Source of the DNA: Pseudomonadota bacterium
GTDB taxonomy: Bacteria; Pseudomonadota; Gammaproteobacteria; Burkholderiales; DATLHW01
Assembly (NCBI GenBank): GCA_040388195.1
Contig: JAZKCF010000008.1
Span: forward strand, 1,831 to 65,830
Direction: 5' to 3'
Length of the DNA stretch: 64,000 bases
Shown here: in pieces, positions 23,328 through 36,000 of the stretch
Layout: each line of letters starts with the position of its first letter
Numbering within the stretch: the first letter of the stretch is position 1
Notes under the pieces: generated by a model
The model's database searches: none
What the model was told of the DNA's origin: nothing
What the model saw: the letters and a program-made list of their open reading frames with translations, nothing else
Program-made: the position numbers and the translations under genes

Positions 23328-23851
23328 GGATGCAAATGGCTAAAATTATTAAAGATAAGCAAATCGTCGAAGACCAATGGCTGACGATCAAATTAGGGGC
23401 TGAAGGCGCCTCGCCGGAAATTCCAGTGGCAGGAAATATCATCGTCCCGCTAAAACTCTGGTTGGCCAAAAAAGCGGAATTGCAACAACGTCAAGGACAA
23501 ACAGGAGTATGGCTCGATAGTAACGAAGAGCCCGCCCCATTAGCCGACGATCTGCCGAATTTACCTTTGATCGCCATCAATTTCCCGCAGTTTGCAGATG
23601 GACGTGGGTATTCGATTGCCCGATTGCTGCGTGAACGTTTTGGCTTCAAAGGAGAAATGCGCGCGATTGGCGATGTACTCCGCGACCAGATTTTTTATAT
23701 GCATCGCTGCGGTTTCAACGCTTTCGAAGTCCGCGCTGATAAAAGCATTGAAGATGCGCTTACCGCCTTTAACGATTTCTCTGATGGCTATCAAACCTCT
23801 GTGGATCAGCCGGTGCCTTATTTTCGCCGGCGGTTAAGCGGAGGCAATTAA
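23324..23851 (+). CDS. DUF934 protein (CysI-associated)
   Basis: 175 aa with FPQFADGRGYSIARLLRERFGF, translationally coupled to cysI. Confidence 0.75.
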   Translation: MRMQMAKIIKDKQIVEDQWLTIKLGAEGASPEIPVAGNIIVPLKLWLAKKAELQQRQGQTGVWLDSNEEPAPLADDLPNLPLIAINFPQFADGRGYSIARLLRERFGFKGEMRAIGDVLRDQIFYMHRCGFNAFEVRADKSIEDALTAFNDFSDGYQTSVDQPVPYFRRRLSGGN

Positions 23852-23852
23852 T

Positions 23853-24539
23853 ATGAGTCTTGAACAAAAAATTCAGAACGCAAAACAATTGCTGGCCGAG
23901 ATCGAGCGCGATTACTCGCCAGTAGCTTTTGCGAATAGTTTCGGCGTGGAAGATATGGTGCTTACCGATTTGATGAAGGATTTCCGATCGATCGAAATCT
24001 TCTCGCTCGATACCGGTCGGCTCCCACCCGAAACTTACGATTTGATGCAGAAGACCACCGAGCACTACCGGCGCAAAATCAAGATTTATTTCCCGGAAGC
24101 CGCAGCGGTTGAAAATTATGTCCGCATCAACGGTATCAATGGCTTCTACGAAAGCATCGCGCAACGGAAAGACTGCTGCCACGTACGCAAGGTGGAACCA
24201 CTAAAACGCGCACTTACCGGCAAAAAAGCATGGGTTACCGGCCTGCGACGCGAACAAGCCCCAACGAGGCAGGACCTCGGTGTTTCCGAGTTCGATAAAG
24301 ATCACGAACTGCAGAAATTTAATCCATTAATCAACTGGAGTTTGCAGGATGTACTAGATTACATATCTGCTCACCAAGTGCCTTATAACGCGTTGCATGA
24401 TCGAGGCTATCCTAGCATTGGTTGTGCGCCTTGCACGCGCGCTATTCAACCGGGTGAAGACGTTCGCGCCGGCAGATGGTGGTGGGAATCCGCAGATCAT
24501 AAAGAATGCGGATTGCACGTTAAAGCGGAAACTACTTGA
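23853..24539 (+). CDS. cysH: adenylylsulfate (APS)/PAPS reductase, Fe-S type
   Basis: Contains CC (DCCHVRK), CxxC (CAPCT) and a C-terminal ECGLH motif. Confidence 0.88.
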   Translation: MSLEQKIQNAKQLLAEIERDYSPVAFANSFGVEDMVLTDLMKDFRSIEIFSLDTGRLPPETYDLMQKTTEHYRRKIKIYFPEAAAVENYVRINGINGFYESIAQRKDCCHVRKVEPLKRALTGKKAWVTGLRREQAPTRQDLGVSEFDKDHELQKFNPLINWSLQDVLDYISAHQVPYNALHDRGYPSIGCAPCTRAIQPGEDVRAGRWWWESADHKECGLHVKAETT

Positions 24540-24720
24540 ATTAAAAACACCCGTCCTAATAAATTGGGATCAAGCCTCTGAAAGCATGACGAGCATTCGA
24601 ATTATCGCAATGCTCGTCTGAAAAAAATTTATGAATGCCATTGTTCAACGAATTAAGGACGAACCGCCAGTAATCGGCGAAAATAGCGTCTTTGCAAACT
24701 TTGCACGCCCAACGTCCAAA

Positions 24721-25623
24721 ATGACCTCTATCGTATCCCATCTCGCTTGGCTTGAATCCGAGGCAATCCACATCATGCGGGAAGTGGCCGCTGAGTGCCG
24801 CAACCCCGTACTGCTGTTTTCCGGCGGTAAAGACTCCATCGTTTTATTACGATTGGCGGAAAAAGCTTTCCGGCCCGGACGCTTTCCGTTTCCGTTAATG
24901 CATATCGATACCGAACACAACTTCCCAGAAGTTATCGAGTTTCGTGATCGCAGGGTAAAAGAATTAGGCGAGCAGCTAATTGTCCGTTCGCTTGAAGATT
25001 CTATTAAGAAAGGCCGAATACGTCTGAAGTCACCGGACGAAAGCCGCAACCGTCATCAAAGCGTTACGCTGCTAGATGCCATCGCCGAATTCGGCTTCGA
25101 CGCCTGTTTCGGGGGTGCACGCCGCGACGAGGAAAAAGCACGGGCGAAAGAACGCATTTTTTCCTTCCGCGATGAATTCGGCCAATGGGACCCGAAAAAC
25201 CAACGGCCCGAGCTATGGGACCTGTACAACACCCGCGTACATTCCGGCGAAAACATGCGCGTATTCCCGATCAGCAATTGGACGGAATTGGACGTGTGGC
25301 AATACATCGCGCAAGAAAATCTTGAAGTCCCCTCGATTTATTTTGCTCATCAACGTGATGTAATTCTGCGCAGCGGTGGTCTGTTGCCCACATCTCACTT
25401 GGTTCAACCCAAGGATGGGGAAATCGTCGAAAACAAACTGGTTCGCTTCCGCACAGTGGGCGACATGACTTGCACCTGCCCAGTCGAATCCCCCGCCACA
25501 TCGGTGGAAGAAATTATTCTCGAAACATCAGCTACACGCATAACGGAACGCGGCGCCACGCGCATGGACGACCAAACATCGGAAGCATCGATGGAGTTGC
25601 GTAAGAAAGAAGGGTATTTCTAA
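24721..25623 (+). CDS. cysD: sulfate adenylyltransferase subunit 2
   Basis: HLAWLESEAIHIMREVAAE...SGGKDS aligns with the usual CysD N-terminus from the ATG at 24721. The track start at 24631 adds 30 aa. Confidence 0.92.
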   Translation: MTSIVSHLAWLESEAIHIMREVAAECRNPVLLFSGGKDSIVLLRLAEKAFRPGRFPFPLMHIDTEHNFPEVIEFRDRRVKELGEQLIVRSLEDSIKKGRIRLKSPDESRNRHQSVTLLDAIAEFGFDACFGGARRDEEKARAKERIFSFRDEFGQWDPKNQRPELWDLYNTRVHSGENMRVFPISNWTELDVWQYIAQENLEVPSIYFAHQRDVILRSGGLLPTSHLVQPKDGEIVENKLVRFRTVGDMTCTCPVESPATSVEEIILETSATRITERGATRMDDQTSEASMELRKKEGYF

Positions 25624-26909
25624 TGGCTATATCAACCGAACTTCTTCGCTTCACTACCGCCGGTTCAGTCGACGACGGTAAGAGCACGCTGATTGGCCGC
25701 TTGCTGTTCGATGCTAAATCCATTTTTGAAGATCAAATCTCTGCCATCGCTAAAACGACGAAACGGCGAGGCACGCTGCTTACCAACGAGGCAGGCCTTG
25801 ATCTTGCGTTACTGACAGATGGATTATTGGCCGAACGCGAGCAAGGCATTACCATTGATGTGGCCTATCGCTACTTCGCCACGCCGAAGCGTAAATTCAT
25901 CATTGCCGACACACCAGGGCATGAACAATACACTCGCAACATGGTAACCGGCGCCTCCTCGGCGCAGCTTGCTATTGTGCTCGTAGATGCGCGAAAGGGT
26001 GTGCTCACGCAATCACGCCGCCACGCCATTATCGCCAGCCTTCTCGGTATTCCGCATGTTGCCGTCGCAGTCAACAAGATGGATTTAGTCGATTACTCGC
26101 AAGAAATATTTGAAACGATTCGCCAAGATTTTGAAGCATTCGCCGATAAATTAGCGATCCGCCATCTACACTTTGTGCCCATTTCCGCACTACTTGGCGA
26201 CATGGTCGTTGAGCGAGGCGAAAGCCTGAATTGGTATAGCGGCCCAACCTTATTAGAGCTATTGGAGAACGTTGATCTCCATTGCGATGATGCACCGGCG
26301 CTCCGCTTCCCCGTGCAATTGGTAAGCCGCCCACAAACACCGGAACTCATCGATTTTCGCGGTTATATGGGTCGCATTGAATCGGGCTCGGTGAAAAAAG
26401 GTGACGCCGTCCAAGTACTACCTTCCGGTCTCGAAACAAAGGTAAAAGAGATCGTCACGCTCGACGGCTCTCTCGATATTGCTGAAGCACCGCAGTCAGT
26501 CACACTCCTGCTGGAAGATGAAATTGATATCTCTCGCGGTGATATGCTGGTGCACCTCAACGAACCGCCTCGGGTTACGAAAGAGTTCGCCGCGATGCTT
26601 TGCTGGATGGGCGACGAGCCGTTGAATCTCTCGCACAAGTATCTCATTAAGCAAACGACCAACACGGTGCGCGCTTTATTTCAAAGCATCGACTACCGGC
26701 TTGATATCAATACCGTAGAACGCGACAAGTCGGCAACCGAGTTCAAAATGAACGACATTGGCCAAGTTCGCATTAAAGTACAGAAGCCAATCGTCTGCGA
26801 TACCTACATCGACAATCGCGCCACTGGCAGTTTTATCGTCATTGATGAAGCGACCAATCACACAGTCGCGGCAGGCATGATTCTCCCGGAAGAGGCGATC
26901 GGTGGGTAA
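25623..26909 (+). CDS. cysN: sulfate adenylyltransferase subunit 1 (GTPase), no APS-kinase domain
   Basis: GSVDDGKSTLIGRLL, DTPGHEQY and NKMD motifs. At 428 aa it is too short for a CysNC fusion. Confidence 0.92.
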   Translation: MAISTELLRFTTAGSVDDGKSTLIGRLLFDAKSIFEDQISAIAKTTKRRGTLLTNEAGLDLALLTDGLLAEREQGITIDVAYRYFATPKRKFIIADTPGHEQYTRNMVTGASSAQLAIVLVDARKGVLTQSRRHAIIASLLGIPHVAVAVNKMDLVDYSQEIFETIRQDFEAFADKLAIRHLHFVPISALLGDMVVERGESLNWYSGPTLLELLENVDLHCDDAPALRFPVQLVSRPQTPELIDFRGYMGRIESGSVKKGDAVQVLPSGLETKVKEIVTLDGSLDIAEAPQSVTLLLEDEIDISRGDMLVHLNEPPRVTKEFAAMLCWMGDEPLNLSHKYLIKQTTNTVRALFQSIDYRLDINTVERDKSATEFKMNDIGQVRIKVQKPIVCDTYIDNRATGSFIVIDEATNHTVAAGMILPEEAIGG

Positions 26910-27660
26910 GGTTTATCTCGTCGGCGCCGGCCCTGGTGCGCCGGATCTGTTGACGCTACGCGCCGCCAAGCTACTCGCCGAAGCGGACGTAGTGTTCTAC
27001 GACGCGCTTGTGCATCCCGATACCATTGCACTCGCAGTCAACGCGAAGAAGATCGCTGTCGGCAAGCGCGCCGGTCAATTGTCTACCGATCAGCGCTTCA
27101 TTAATCGCATATTGGTAGAGGCCGGGTTACGCCACGCGTGTGTTGTTCGACTCAAAGGCGGAGATCCGATGCTGTTCGGACGCGCGCAAGAGGAAATCGA
27201 CGCACTTAATGCGGCTGGTGTGCCGTTGGAAGTTGTACCTGGTATCACTTCTGCGCTCGCTGCCGCAGCGTCACTAAAAACTTCTCTTACTAAACGTGGT
27301 ATTTCCCGTAGCGTGACATTTGCCACGCCACGCGTTGGTCATGGTGAGACACCAGGCGAATGGGCCGACGCAGCCGCCAGTGGTGATACGGCAATTCTTT
27401 ACATGGCAATAAGCGAAGCGGAAGCAGTCCGCGCCGCACTAATGAGTCGTGGCGTTGCTCCCGATACCCCAGTCGTTATCGTTGAAAATGCCTCGCTGCC
27501 GAACGAACGGCAGATTCGCGGCATACTCGAAACACTTCCAGAAATCGTTACCAACCGAATGAGTGGCCCGGCCATTCTTTGCATTGGCCAAGTATTTGAA
27601 GCGACGGAAACCTGGTCGAACACAGCCACGGAAGCCGTTCTTGGCACACTCAACAATTAG
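26902..27660 (+). CDS. cobA: uroporphyrinogen-III C-methyltransferase
   Basis: VYLVGAGPGAPDLLTLRA and GGDPMLFGR motifs, GTG start overlapping the cysN end. Confidence 0.85.
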   Translation: MGKVYLVGAGPGAPDLLTLRAAKLLAEADVVFYDALVHPDTIALAVNAKKIAVGKRAGQLSTDQRFINRILVEAGLRHACVVRLKGGDPMLFGRAQEEIDALNAAGVPLEVVPGITSALAAAASLKTSLTKRGISRSVTFATPRVGHGETPGEWADAAASGDTAILYMAISEAEAVRAALMSRGVAPDTPVVIVENASLPNERQIRGILETLPEIVTNRMSGPAILCIGQVFEATETWSNTATEAVLGTLNN

Positions 27661-27761
27661 CCCAGATGTTTTACAAATTGCGCGAGCCCTCGCGAATTCA
27701 TGAAACATCCGCGCTAACCCGCTACAATTCAAATTTTTAGCCTCGCCTAAACACATTCCCC

Positions 27762-28718
27762 ATGCGCGTCTTTCGCGGCATTCCGGCGCGAGCCTTAAAT
27801 CCTACCGCGCTAACCCCTACTGCGCTTACCATCGGCAACTTCGACGGCCTTCACTTAGGCCATCAAGCAATGCTCGCCCGGCTCATTGCCGCAGCACGGG
27901 AACAGAATCTGCCGGCGGCAGTGATGACGTTCGAGCCACATCCGCGTGAGTTCTTTCGCCCTGATAATGCCCCTACACGGCTAACGAATTTACGCGAGAA
28001 ATTGGAACTGCTAAGCAAAGCTGGCGTGGACCACGTGTATGTTTGCCACTTCAATCGGGCCTTTTCGCAAATCAGCGCCGATGATTTCGTCACCCATATT
28101 CTTCATGAGCGTCTAGCGATAAAGTGGCTGTTAGTCGGCGACGATTTCCAGTTTGGCGCCAAGCGAATCGGCAACAGCGGCATATTGGCAGACTATGCGC
28201 CGAAACTTGGCTTTACGTTCTCTGCCATGCCATCGTTAGAAGTGAACGACAAACGTGTTTCCAGCACGCTAGTTCGAGAAGCGCTTGCCGCCGGTGATTT
28301 AGTATCTGCTCAACAGTATTTAGGCAGGCCTTATAGCATCTCCGGCAGAGTCATCCACGGCGAAAAAATCGGCCGCAGCATAGGCTTCCCTACTGCAAAT
28401 GTGCAGCTCAAGCACAACCGACCGCCGGTAAAGGGCATCTTTGCTGTAAAATTATACGTTTCCGAAGGCGTTTCATTTGCAGGCGTCGCGAGCCTCGGCA
28501 CACGTCCTACCGTTTCAAGTAGCGGCAAATGGCAGTTAGAAGTGCATGTATTCGATTTTGCGGACAACTTGTATGGCCAACACGTCCGCGTAGAATTTCT
28601 GCATAAGCTGCGTGATGAAGCCTTCTATCCTGATATGCAAACTCTGATCGCACAGATTGCCCGCGACGTAGAAAATGCGAAAGCCTATTTTGAATCTTTG
28701 CGGCTAACCCTTCCATGA
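27762..28718 (+). CDS. ribF: bifunctional riboflavin kinase / FAD synthetase
   Basis: [13 protein letters not shown] and GFPTAN motifs. Confidence 0.92.
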   Translation: MRVFRGIPARALNPTALTPTALTIGNFDGLHLGHQAMLARLIAAAREQNLPAAVMTFEPHPREFFRPDNAPTRLTNLREKLELLSKAGVDHVYVCHFNRAFSQISADDFVTHILHERLAIKWLLVGDDFQFGAKRIGNSGILADYAPKLGFTFSAMPSLEVNDKRVSSTLVREALAAGDLVSAQQYLGRPYSISGRVIHGEKIGRSIGFPTANVQLKHNRPPVKGIFAVKLYVSEGVSFAGVASLGTRPTVSSSGKWQLEVHVFDFADNLYGQHVRVEFLHKLRDEAFYPDMQTLIAQIARDVENAKAYFESLRLTLP

Positions 28719-31528
28719 CCGATTACAAAAAAACACTGAATCTTCCCGATACGCCTTTTCCAATGCGCGGCGACCTGGCTAAACGTGAGCCCGGCTGGTT
28801 AAAAGCGTGGCAGGATCAAAAGCTTTATCAAAAAATCCGCGCAGTTTCGAAGGACCGGCCTAAATTTATTCTGCATGACGGACCACCGTACGCCAATGGC
28901 GATATTCATATCGGCCACGCCGTTAACAAGATTCTCAAAGACATCATCGTCAAATCAAAAACACTTGCTGGTTTTGATGCGCCTTATACCCCAGGTTGGG
29001 ATTGTCACGGGCTACCGATTGAACATCAAATCGAAAAAAAGCATGGGCGCGGTTTAGAAGGCAACAAAATGCGTGCGCTTTGCCGCGCATATGCGTCTGA
29101 GCAAATCGAGCGGCAGAAGGCGGATTTCATCCGTCTTGGCGTATTGGGCGATTGGGATCACCCGTACAAAACGATGAACTTCAAAACCGAAGCGGATGAG
29201 ATTCGTGCGCTCGGTCAAATTTGGCAGCAAGGGCTTTTGTTCCGAAGACTCAAGCCGGTTAATTGGTGTCTTGATTGCCGCTCTGCGCTCGCTGAAGCAG
29301 AAGTGGAATACGAAGATAAAACATCTCCTGCTGTCGATGTTAAGTTTGAAGTTATCGATAAAGAAGATTTCTGGAAAAAGGTAACCTCTGATACAAGATT
29401 CATTGATAAGGCGAAACCAATCTATTTTGTTATTTGGACAACGACTCCATGGACACTACCCGCGAATGAGGCAGTCAGCTTAAATCCATACGAGGATTAT
29501 CATGTTATTGATATCGGAAAAGAGTGCTTAGTTATTGCAAACGCCTTGACAGATAGCGTTTTAAAGCGCTATGGAATCGACCCGTTGACCAATCACCAGA
29601 TAAATCCCAAAGGTGGTGGTGCGGGCGCTATATTTGAACACATAAAATTAAAACACCCACTCTTTGATAAAACCGTTCCCATCATCCTGGGCACCCACGT
29701 CACGATGGATGCCGGTACTGGCGCCGTTCACACCGCGCCTGCGCATGGTATGGACGACTATTTGGTTGGCCTGCAATACAAGCTACCCATCGATAATCCA
29801 GTAACCGCAAACGGAACCTTTCGCGAAGACATTCCATTAGTCGGTGGCCAATTGGTTTGGAAGGCGAATGACGTCATCATCGCTGAGTTAGAACAACGCG
29901 GCTTGCTACTTAAGCACGAGAAATACCTGCATAGCTATCCACATTGCTGGCGGCACAAAACGCCGATTATTTATCGTGCGACGACGCAGTGGTTCATCGG
30001 CATGGATACCCCGAGCGCTCGCGAACAAACATTGCGTCAATTAGCAGAAAAAGCCGTAGCCGATACGCAATTCTTCCCCGAATGGGGTCGAGCCCGGCTT
30101 GAAGCAATGATCAGAACTCGCCCGGACTGGACGCTGTCCCGGCAACGCAATTGGGGCGTGCCGATGCCTTTTTTTCTGCATCGGGAAACAGAAGAACTAC
30201 ACCCGCGTACGCTCGAAATTCTCGAAGAAGTTGCTAACCGGATCGAGCAAGCTGGCATCGAAGCATGGTTCTCGCTGACGCCAGCAGAAGTAAACGTTGA
30301 TGAAAATGTTTACCGCAAAATTAGCGATACGCTCGATGTCTGGTTTGATTCCGGCACTACGCATTTTTCAGTCTTACGCCAATTAACGGACGCCACCTAC
30401 CCCGCCGATCTTTATTTGGAAGGTTCAGATCAACATCGCGGCTGGTTCCAATCCTCCCTTCTCACTGGCTGCGCAATGGATGGTCGCGCGCCATACAAAG
30501 CCCTGCTAACGCACGGCTTTGTCGTCGATGGCAAAGGCTTGAAGATGAGCAAGTCGCAGGGCAATGTAGTCGCCCCGCAAAAAGTAATGGATGCATTCGG
30601 CGCAGACATTCTACGTTTATGGGTAGGCGCTACTGATTACTCCGGCGAGCTTTCAATTTCCGACGAGATTTTGAAACGCGTTGTAGAAAGCTATCGGCGA
30701 ATTCGCAATACACTGCGGTTTCTGCTCGCCAATATTGCTGACTTCGATGTAAAGTCTGCCGCTGTTCCAGTTGAACAATGGTTGGAGATCGACCGTTATG
30801 CGCTTGCGCTAACAAATAAACTACAAGACGAAATCGCTGCCGATTACGCACGATTCGAATTCCATCTAGTCACCCAAAAACTGCAAACGTTCTGCTCCGA
30901 AGATCTGGGCGGCTTTTATTTGGACATTCTAAAAGACCGACTTTACACCTCGGGCGCCAACTCTGCTGCACGACGCTCAGCGCAAAATGCGCTCTATCAC
31001 ATCACCCACACCCTGGTGCGGTTGATGGCACCTATACTTTCCTTTACTGCTGAAGAAGTATGGTCTACTTTGACAGGTGATACAGAGGACAGCGTATTAC
31101 TGCACACTTGGTATACGCCCCCTGCCGTTGCGAATGCCGAGCTGCTGCTGGAGCGCTGGAGCAAATTACGCGCCCATCGCACAACTGTACAAAAACATTT
31201 GGAAGAAGTGCGCGTCGCCGGCAAGATCGGCGCATCGCTCGCTGCGGAAGTAGAGCTACAAGCAAATGGCGAGACTTATGAATATTTGCGCTCTTTCGAT
31301 AACGATCTTCGCTTTGTTTTCATTACGTCACAAGCAAGCGTGATCAACGGCCTAGCGACATCGGCAGATAACGAAATTGCCGTCAATGTCATCCCCAGCT
31401 CACATCAGAAATGCGAACGTTGCTGGCATTATCGCGCCGATGTCGGGAGCACTGCCGAACATCCGTCCATATGCGGTCGTTGTGTGAGCAACTTATACGG
31501 ATCAGGAGAACCTCGTACTTATGCTTAG
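28715..31528 (+). CDS. ileS: isoleucine--tRNA ligase
   Basis: 937 aa with HIGH (GDIHIGH), KMSKS and a C-terminal Zn-finger CERCWHY...CGRC. Confidence 0.97.
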   Translation: MTDYKKTLNLPDTPFPMRGDLAKREPGWLKAWQDQKLYQKIRAVSKDRPKFILHDGPPYANGDIHIGHAVNKILKDIIVKSKTLAGFDAPYTPGWDCHGLPIEHQIEKKHGRGLEGNKMRALCRAYASEQIERQKADFIRLGVLGDWDHPYKTMNFKTEADEIRALGQIWQQGLLFRRLKPVNWCLDCRSALAEAEVEYEDKTSPAVDVKFEVIDKEDFWKKVTSDTRFIDKAKPIYFVIWTTTPWTLPANEAVSLNPYEDYHVIDIGKECLVIANALTDSVLKRYGIDPLTNHQINPKGGGAGAIFEHIKLKHPLFDKTVPIILGTHVTMDAGTGAVHTAPAHGMDDYLVGLQYKLPIDNPVTANGTFREDIPLVGGQLVWKANDVIIAELEQRGLLLKHEKYLHSYPHCWRHKTPIIYRATTQWFIGMDTPSAREQTLRQLAEKAVADTQFFPEWGRARLEAMIRTRPDWTLSRQRNWGVPMPFFLHRETEELHPRTLEILEEVANRIEQAGIEAWFSLTPAEVNVDENVYRKISDTLDVWFDSGTTHFSVLRQLTDATYPADLYLEGSDQHRGWFQSSLLTGCAMDGRAPYKALLTHGFVVDGKGLKMSKSQGNVVAPQKVMDAFGADILRLWVGATDYSGELSISDEILKRVVESYRRIRNTLRFLLANIADFDVKSAAVPVEQWLEIDRYALALTNKLQDEIAADYARFEFHLVTQKLQTFCSEDLGGFYLDILKDRLYTSGANSAARRSAQNALYHITHTLVRLMAPILSFTAEEVWSTLTGDTEDSVLLHTWYTPPAVANAELLLERWSKLRAHRTTVQKHLEEVRVAGKIGASLAAEVELQANGETYEYLRSFDNDLRFVFITSQASVINGLATSADNEIAVNVIPSSHQKCERCWHYRADVGSTAEHPSICGRCVSNLYGSGEPRTYA

Positions 31529-32009
31529 ATTATGGCTAGCTATCTCGGCGTTTGTTATCGTCGCCGATCAAATTACGAAGGCTGCTATTGTGCGTAATTT
31601 CGCGTTTGGCGAAAGCACTACGCTGACGTCGTTCTTCAATCTGATATTGACCTACAACACCGGCGCAGCATTCAGTTTTCTCGCTGACGCAGGTGGATGG
31701 CAACGCTGGTTCTTCGCCGCAGTTGCTGCGGTTGCCTCAATCGTCATTATCTATTTCTTGCGTAAGCATGCGAATGAAAGAAGTTTCTGCTTCGCACTTT
31801 CTCTCATACTCGGCGGCGCACTCGGTAACTTGGTGGATCGTGTACTGCTCGGCCATGTGGTCGATTTTCTTGATTTCCATCTTGCGGGTTACCACTGGCC
31901 GGCATTCAATGTAGCTGACTCGGCGATTACCGTTGGCGCAGCGATACTAGTGTGGGAAAGTTTCGTCGGTAGCAAATCAGGCAAGGTTGTGCCAAACGGC
32001 AGCCACTGA
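31521..32009 (+). CDS. lspA: lipoprotein signal peptidase II
   Basis: 162 aa with 4 TM segments and the NTGAAFS and FNVAD motifs. Confidence 0.9.
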   Translation: MLRLWLAISAFVIVADQITKAAIVRNFAFGESTTLTSFFNLILTYNTGAAFSFLADAGGWQRWFFAAVAAVASIVIIYFLRKHANERSFCFALSLILGGALGNLVDRVLLGHVVDFLDFHLAGYHWPAFNVADSAITVGAAILVWESFVGSKSGKVVPNGSH

Positions 32010-32038
32010 TGCCGCCCACTAAAATTCAGGAAACCTCT

Positions 32039-32980
32039 ATGCAAATTTTCCTCGCTAATCCTCGTGGTTTCTGCGCTGGCGTAGACCGCGCCATCGAAAT
32101 CGTGGAGCGCGCGCTACAACTTCACGGTGCACCTATTTACGTACGTCACGAAGTTGTACACAACAAATTCGTTGTCGATAATTTACGGCAAAAGGGCGCC
32201 ATATTTATTGAATCACTCGATGACGTACCTGCCGGCAGCACGCTCATTTTTAGCGCTCACGGCGTTCCCAAAGCGATCGTTGCCGAAGCAGAGCGGCGTG
32301 GATTAAGGGTTTTTGATGCGACCTGCCCGCTAGTTACCAAGGTACATGTGGAAGTCGCAAAAATGCGCGCGCAGGGAAAAGAAATCATCATGATCGGCCA
32401 TGCCGGTCATCCAGAAGTTGAAGGCACGATGGGCCAATGTCGTGATGGCATGTATTTGGTCGAGGATGAAACGGATGTCGCCAAACTGCGGGTTAAAGAT
32501 GAAAACCAACTTGCGTTCGTTACACAAACAACGCTATCGGTTGATGACGCGACGAAAATCATCGAAGCGCTGAAAGTACGCTTCCCCACAATTATCGGGC
32601 CAAAGAAAGACGATATCTGCTACGCCACGCAAAACCGGCAAGACGCGGTAAAAGCAATGACGGCGAAATGCGATTTAGTCATCGTCGTAGGTTCACCGAA
32701 TAGCTCCAACTCCAATCGATTGCGTGAAGTCGCGGAAACGTATGGGATCGAAGCCTATATGGTGGACAACGCGGGTGAGTTAAAAGCGGAGTGGCTGGTT
32801 GGAAAAAAGAATATCGGGGTAACGTCAGGCGCTTCGGCACCAGAGGTTCTGGTAAAGGCTGTAGTAGAGAGACTCAAGGCGTTAGGTGCCAACGGAGAGA
32901 TTACCGAGATAGAGGGGATTGCAGAGGCCGTCGTATTTCCGTTGCCAAAAGGACTATCGGTTCCTCGCGAATCAACATAG
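32039..32980 (+). CDS. ispH: 4-hydroxy-3-methylbut-2-enyl diphosphate reductase
   Basis: [19 protein letters not shown] is the canonical IspH N-terminus. The track start at 32009 adds 10 aa. Confidence 0.93.
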   Translation: MQIFLANPRGFCAGVDRAIEIVERALQLHGAPIYVRHEVVHNKFVVDNLRQKGAIFIESLDDVPAGSTLIFSAHGVPKAIVAEAERRGLRVFDATCPLVTKVHVEVAKMRAQGKEIIMIGHAGHPEVEGTMGQCRDGMYLVEDETDVAKLRVKDENQLAFVTQTTLSVDDATKIIEALKVRFPTIIGPKKDDICYATQNRQDAVKAMTAKCDLVIVVGSPNSSNSNRLREVAETYGIEAYMVDNAGELKAEWLVGKKNIGVTSGASAPEVLVKAVVERLKALGANGEITEIEGIAEAVVFPLPKGLSVPREST

Positions 32981-32987
32981 TTAAAAA

Positions 32988-33015
32988 GCTCTCGGGCCGT
33001 TTCCGGCCCGAGACT
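32988..33015. terminator. hairpin terminator between convergent ispH and pilY1
   Basis: CTCGGGCCG-tttc-CGGCCCGAG stem-loop. A T5 run follows on the minus strand, downstream of pilY1. Confidence 0.7.
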
Positions 33016-33032
33016 CTGTCAATCGTAAAAGC

Positions 33033-36000
33033 TTAATTCGTCAATTCTCGCCAGCTCACGCGCTTCCCGTTAGTGGAAGCCGGCTTTACAGGCACCTCTT
33101 TAACTATAATACCGCCATCCGACAATCGAACAATTTGTTTAAGCAGCCCTGAAGGAAGCTTAATAATAATTGGTCGGCTAGCTAAGGCGGTAGAGCTAAG
33201 AGATTGCGCCGCATAAGTTGCATCCGATAACTGGCCACCCGTTTCAAAATCAATCGAAAACGACCAACTTGACCCACCCGCAGTACAAACATCTGAGCTG
33301 GGAATATTGGATGTAAATATCAATGCGCCGACAGCCAATGTAGGGTTGGTCACAATACGCTCGCCGGTGATCGGTAAATCCATGTACCAACCTTTCTTAA
33401 CGGTTAAGTCCACTGGATTCGTTGATGCGACGCGGAGAAGAGAGTTAGTCGGGCTAACCGTAATTGTTTGTGCCACTAAATTACTACGCAATGGCGTGAT
33501 GACTGGAGAATTGGAAAGGTCATCGACCAAGCCATACATCGTCTGCGTTTGAGTCGCGCTTGCGTTAGCACTGGTAGCACCCGGAACATCTTTATCCCCC
33601 AGAAACGAGCCAGTCCCCAGAAGTATCATCCGTTTGTTGCTAACAACACCCAGTTCAGGAATCGTGGTAATCGGCTGTGCCACACCGCTGCTATCCACTA
33701 ACGTAGCAAGTTTTGTGACATCCCATTGGTTGGTATTATTACCACTGAGATCGATACGCCAAACGTTACCAAGTAGGTCCCCTCCATATACATACTCAGT
33801 TGTGTTATCTGTGTCGGCATCATCAACGTAGGCGCTAAGATGGGCAAGCCCACTTGGTGTTGTGGAACTGCCAACACCAGTAGAAATGTCTTTGATGACT
33901 GCACCTGTTCTAGGGTTAAGTACAAATATATGCCCCATCCCGTCACCGCCAGTATCAGCGCCATTGTTGTAACCGGAAGTAGCCAGTATTACCCATCCTT
34001 TGGCAGTTGTTTTCACAATGATAGGCTTGCCAAAGCTATAACCCATATTCGCAACATAGGCACTAGTTGAATTATTGGGAAATTCCCAAAGCACTTTTGA
34101 CGCTGCTGTGGCTTCACTCGTAGGCACGGGGTTCGTCACATCTAACGCATAAAATCCACGGCCACCTTTGCCTAGACCACCGACTAAAATGGATCTCCAA
34201 TCTGCCGTCCCGCTTCCGCCACTGGTATTCCCAAAATCCACGTCTCCAACAGCCGGGGTAGCATCAACGTAATATAAGTGCTGAAAACTGGTCTTGCGGC
34301 TGAGATTATTCAGCTTAGAAAATAAAAAGCTAGGCACGTAGGCCCATTTCTCATCACCACCCGTTGTCGGATTACCGCTAAATACATGCATCATCCCATC
34401 ATTAGCGCCCTGGAAAATCACCTTTTCGCGACTAGCATTCGCAGCCAAATTCTTAAAATCCGAATACCCTGTATCCGCATAACTATTCCGAGGCGGATTT
34501 AAGATAACCGGCTCTGCATTTATGGTATCGCCCAAACGAGAATTACGAATTCGATAGCCAGGACTTGTAGTGCCCTCTTTACTTCTATCTCCACGCAAGA
34601 AAGCGAGAACGTCTGCACCGTCCGTATAACTCGTTGTATTGAGCAAAGTCTGCTGAGCTGCAGAAATTTTTGTGCTGGTGGTAGCAGTAGTCGGCTGAAA
34701 TTGAATACCACTTTGGCTGCTCGTTGCGTCCGAATAAGTAACGATCTTGCGCGAGGACGACGTCACACTATCGTCATCCAACTGCGTTTTCGCCGTACCA
34801 TTTGTCCAAGTAGTGTCTGTGCCTGGAATTCCGGTGGTCAAATCTACCGCAAAGGCGTCTAATTCACCGGTCCAACTGATTGAACTATAGGAAGACGCAT
34901 AAGTAGTATTGTCTCCGTCGGATACGTTGGGGTTACTTACCGTCACTGCAGCGGCGCCTCCCCCGTTGCCAATAACATCGTTCAGTATCGATAAAATTGC
35001 GGTCTGCGCTTCGTCGGGATTTGTTGCGCTAAGCATGACGCCTCGCCCATTCAAAGTCGCGTGCCAAAGGTCATCAACAGATTTAGGTTGTCTATCGGTG
35101 TAAGTATAGACTGACGACCAGGCCGGCCCTGGGTATACGTACGGATTTAAATCGGCGGTGGACCCTGTTCCAAAAATTGTTCCTTTTACCCCTAGCCCCA
35201 AGGCGAAAGTATTCATATGCAAATTCGGGTTACGATCTGCGTCTGCCGCATAATTCGTACTGTCGAACGGCACTTTTCCAGCAGTAAGATCTGGGCGAAG
35301 ATTTTCGGTGTAATACTTCATCGCGATATCGCCCAGTGTGTTTGATTCACTGTCTTGATAGGGGTAAGTAATCGTCGCCCCCGTTTTGCTGTATTGAGTG
35401 TTGTAGGGGAAAGAAGAGTAAGTCGTTTGGCCATCATAATTTGCAGGACTGACGGTAGGTCCGCCCGCATTTGCGTAACCGTCGGTAATAACAAACCCTG
35501 CATTGTATTGGCACGCATACTGAATGGGGGCACCCGCACCAGTCCGCATAAACTGCTGACCGAGATAGTCCAGAGCATCCTTAGTCGGCGTTCCACCACT
35601 GGTGTCCACTTTATAAATCGCGTTCAGCAATCTCTTAGCATTAGCGCTATCCGTTGTACTAGTAAAGTCATACATCGTGGCGTTACTACGATTGTTGAAT
35701 CCAAACATGCCCACGCGAATCCCTTGCACATTGCCAAACGCTTTGCCTATCGAATCCCACATAAATAATTTGCGCTTGCGGTAATACGTAAACCAATTGG
35801 CAAAATTCTGTATTTCTTCAGTATAAGTACATGTCGCTGTCCCCGCGCAATCAGAACGATCACTTGATTTAGCAAAAGGCGCATTGGCTGACTTTATTTC
35901 AAACTTGCGTAGAGGGACGCCATCCGGTCCTGCCAATGTACAAGTCGAACAGGTTGAGTCTTTAGCGTAGAACGTAGCTGGAAAATAGCTAATCTGCACA

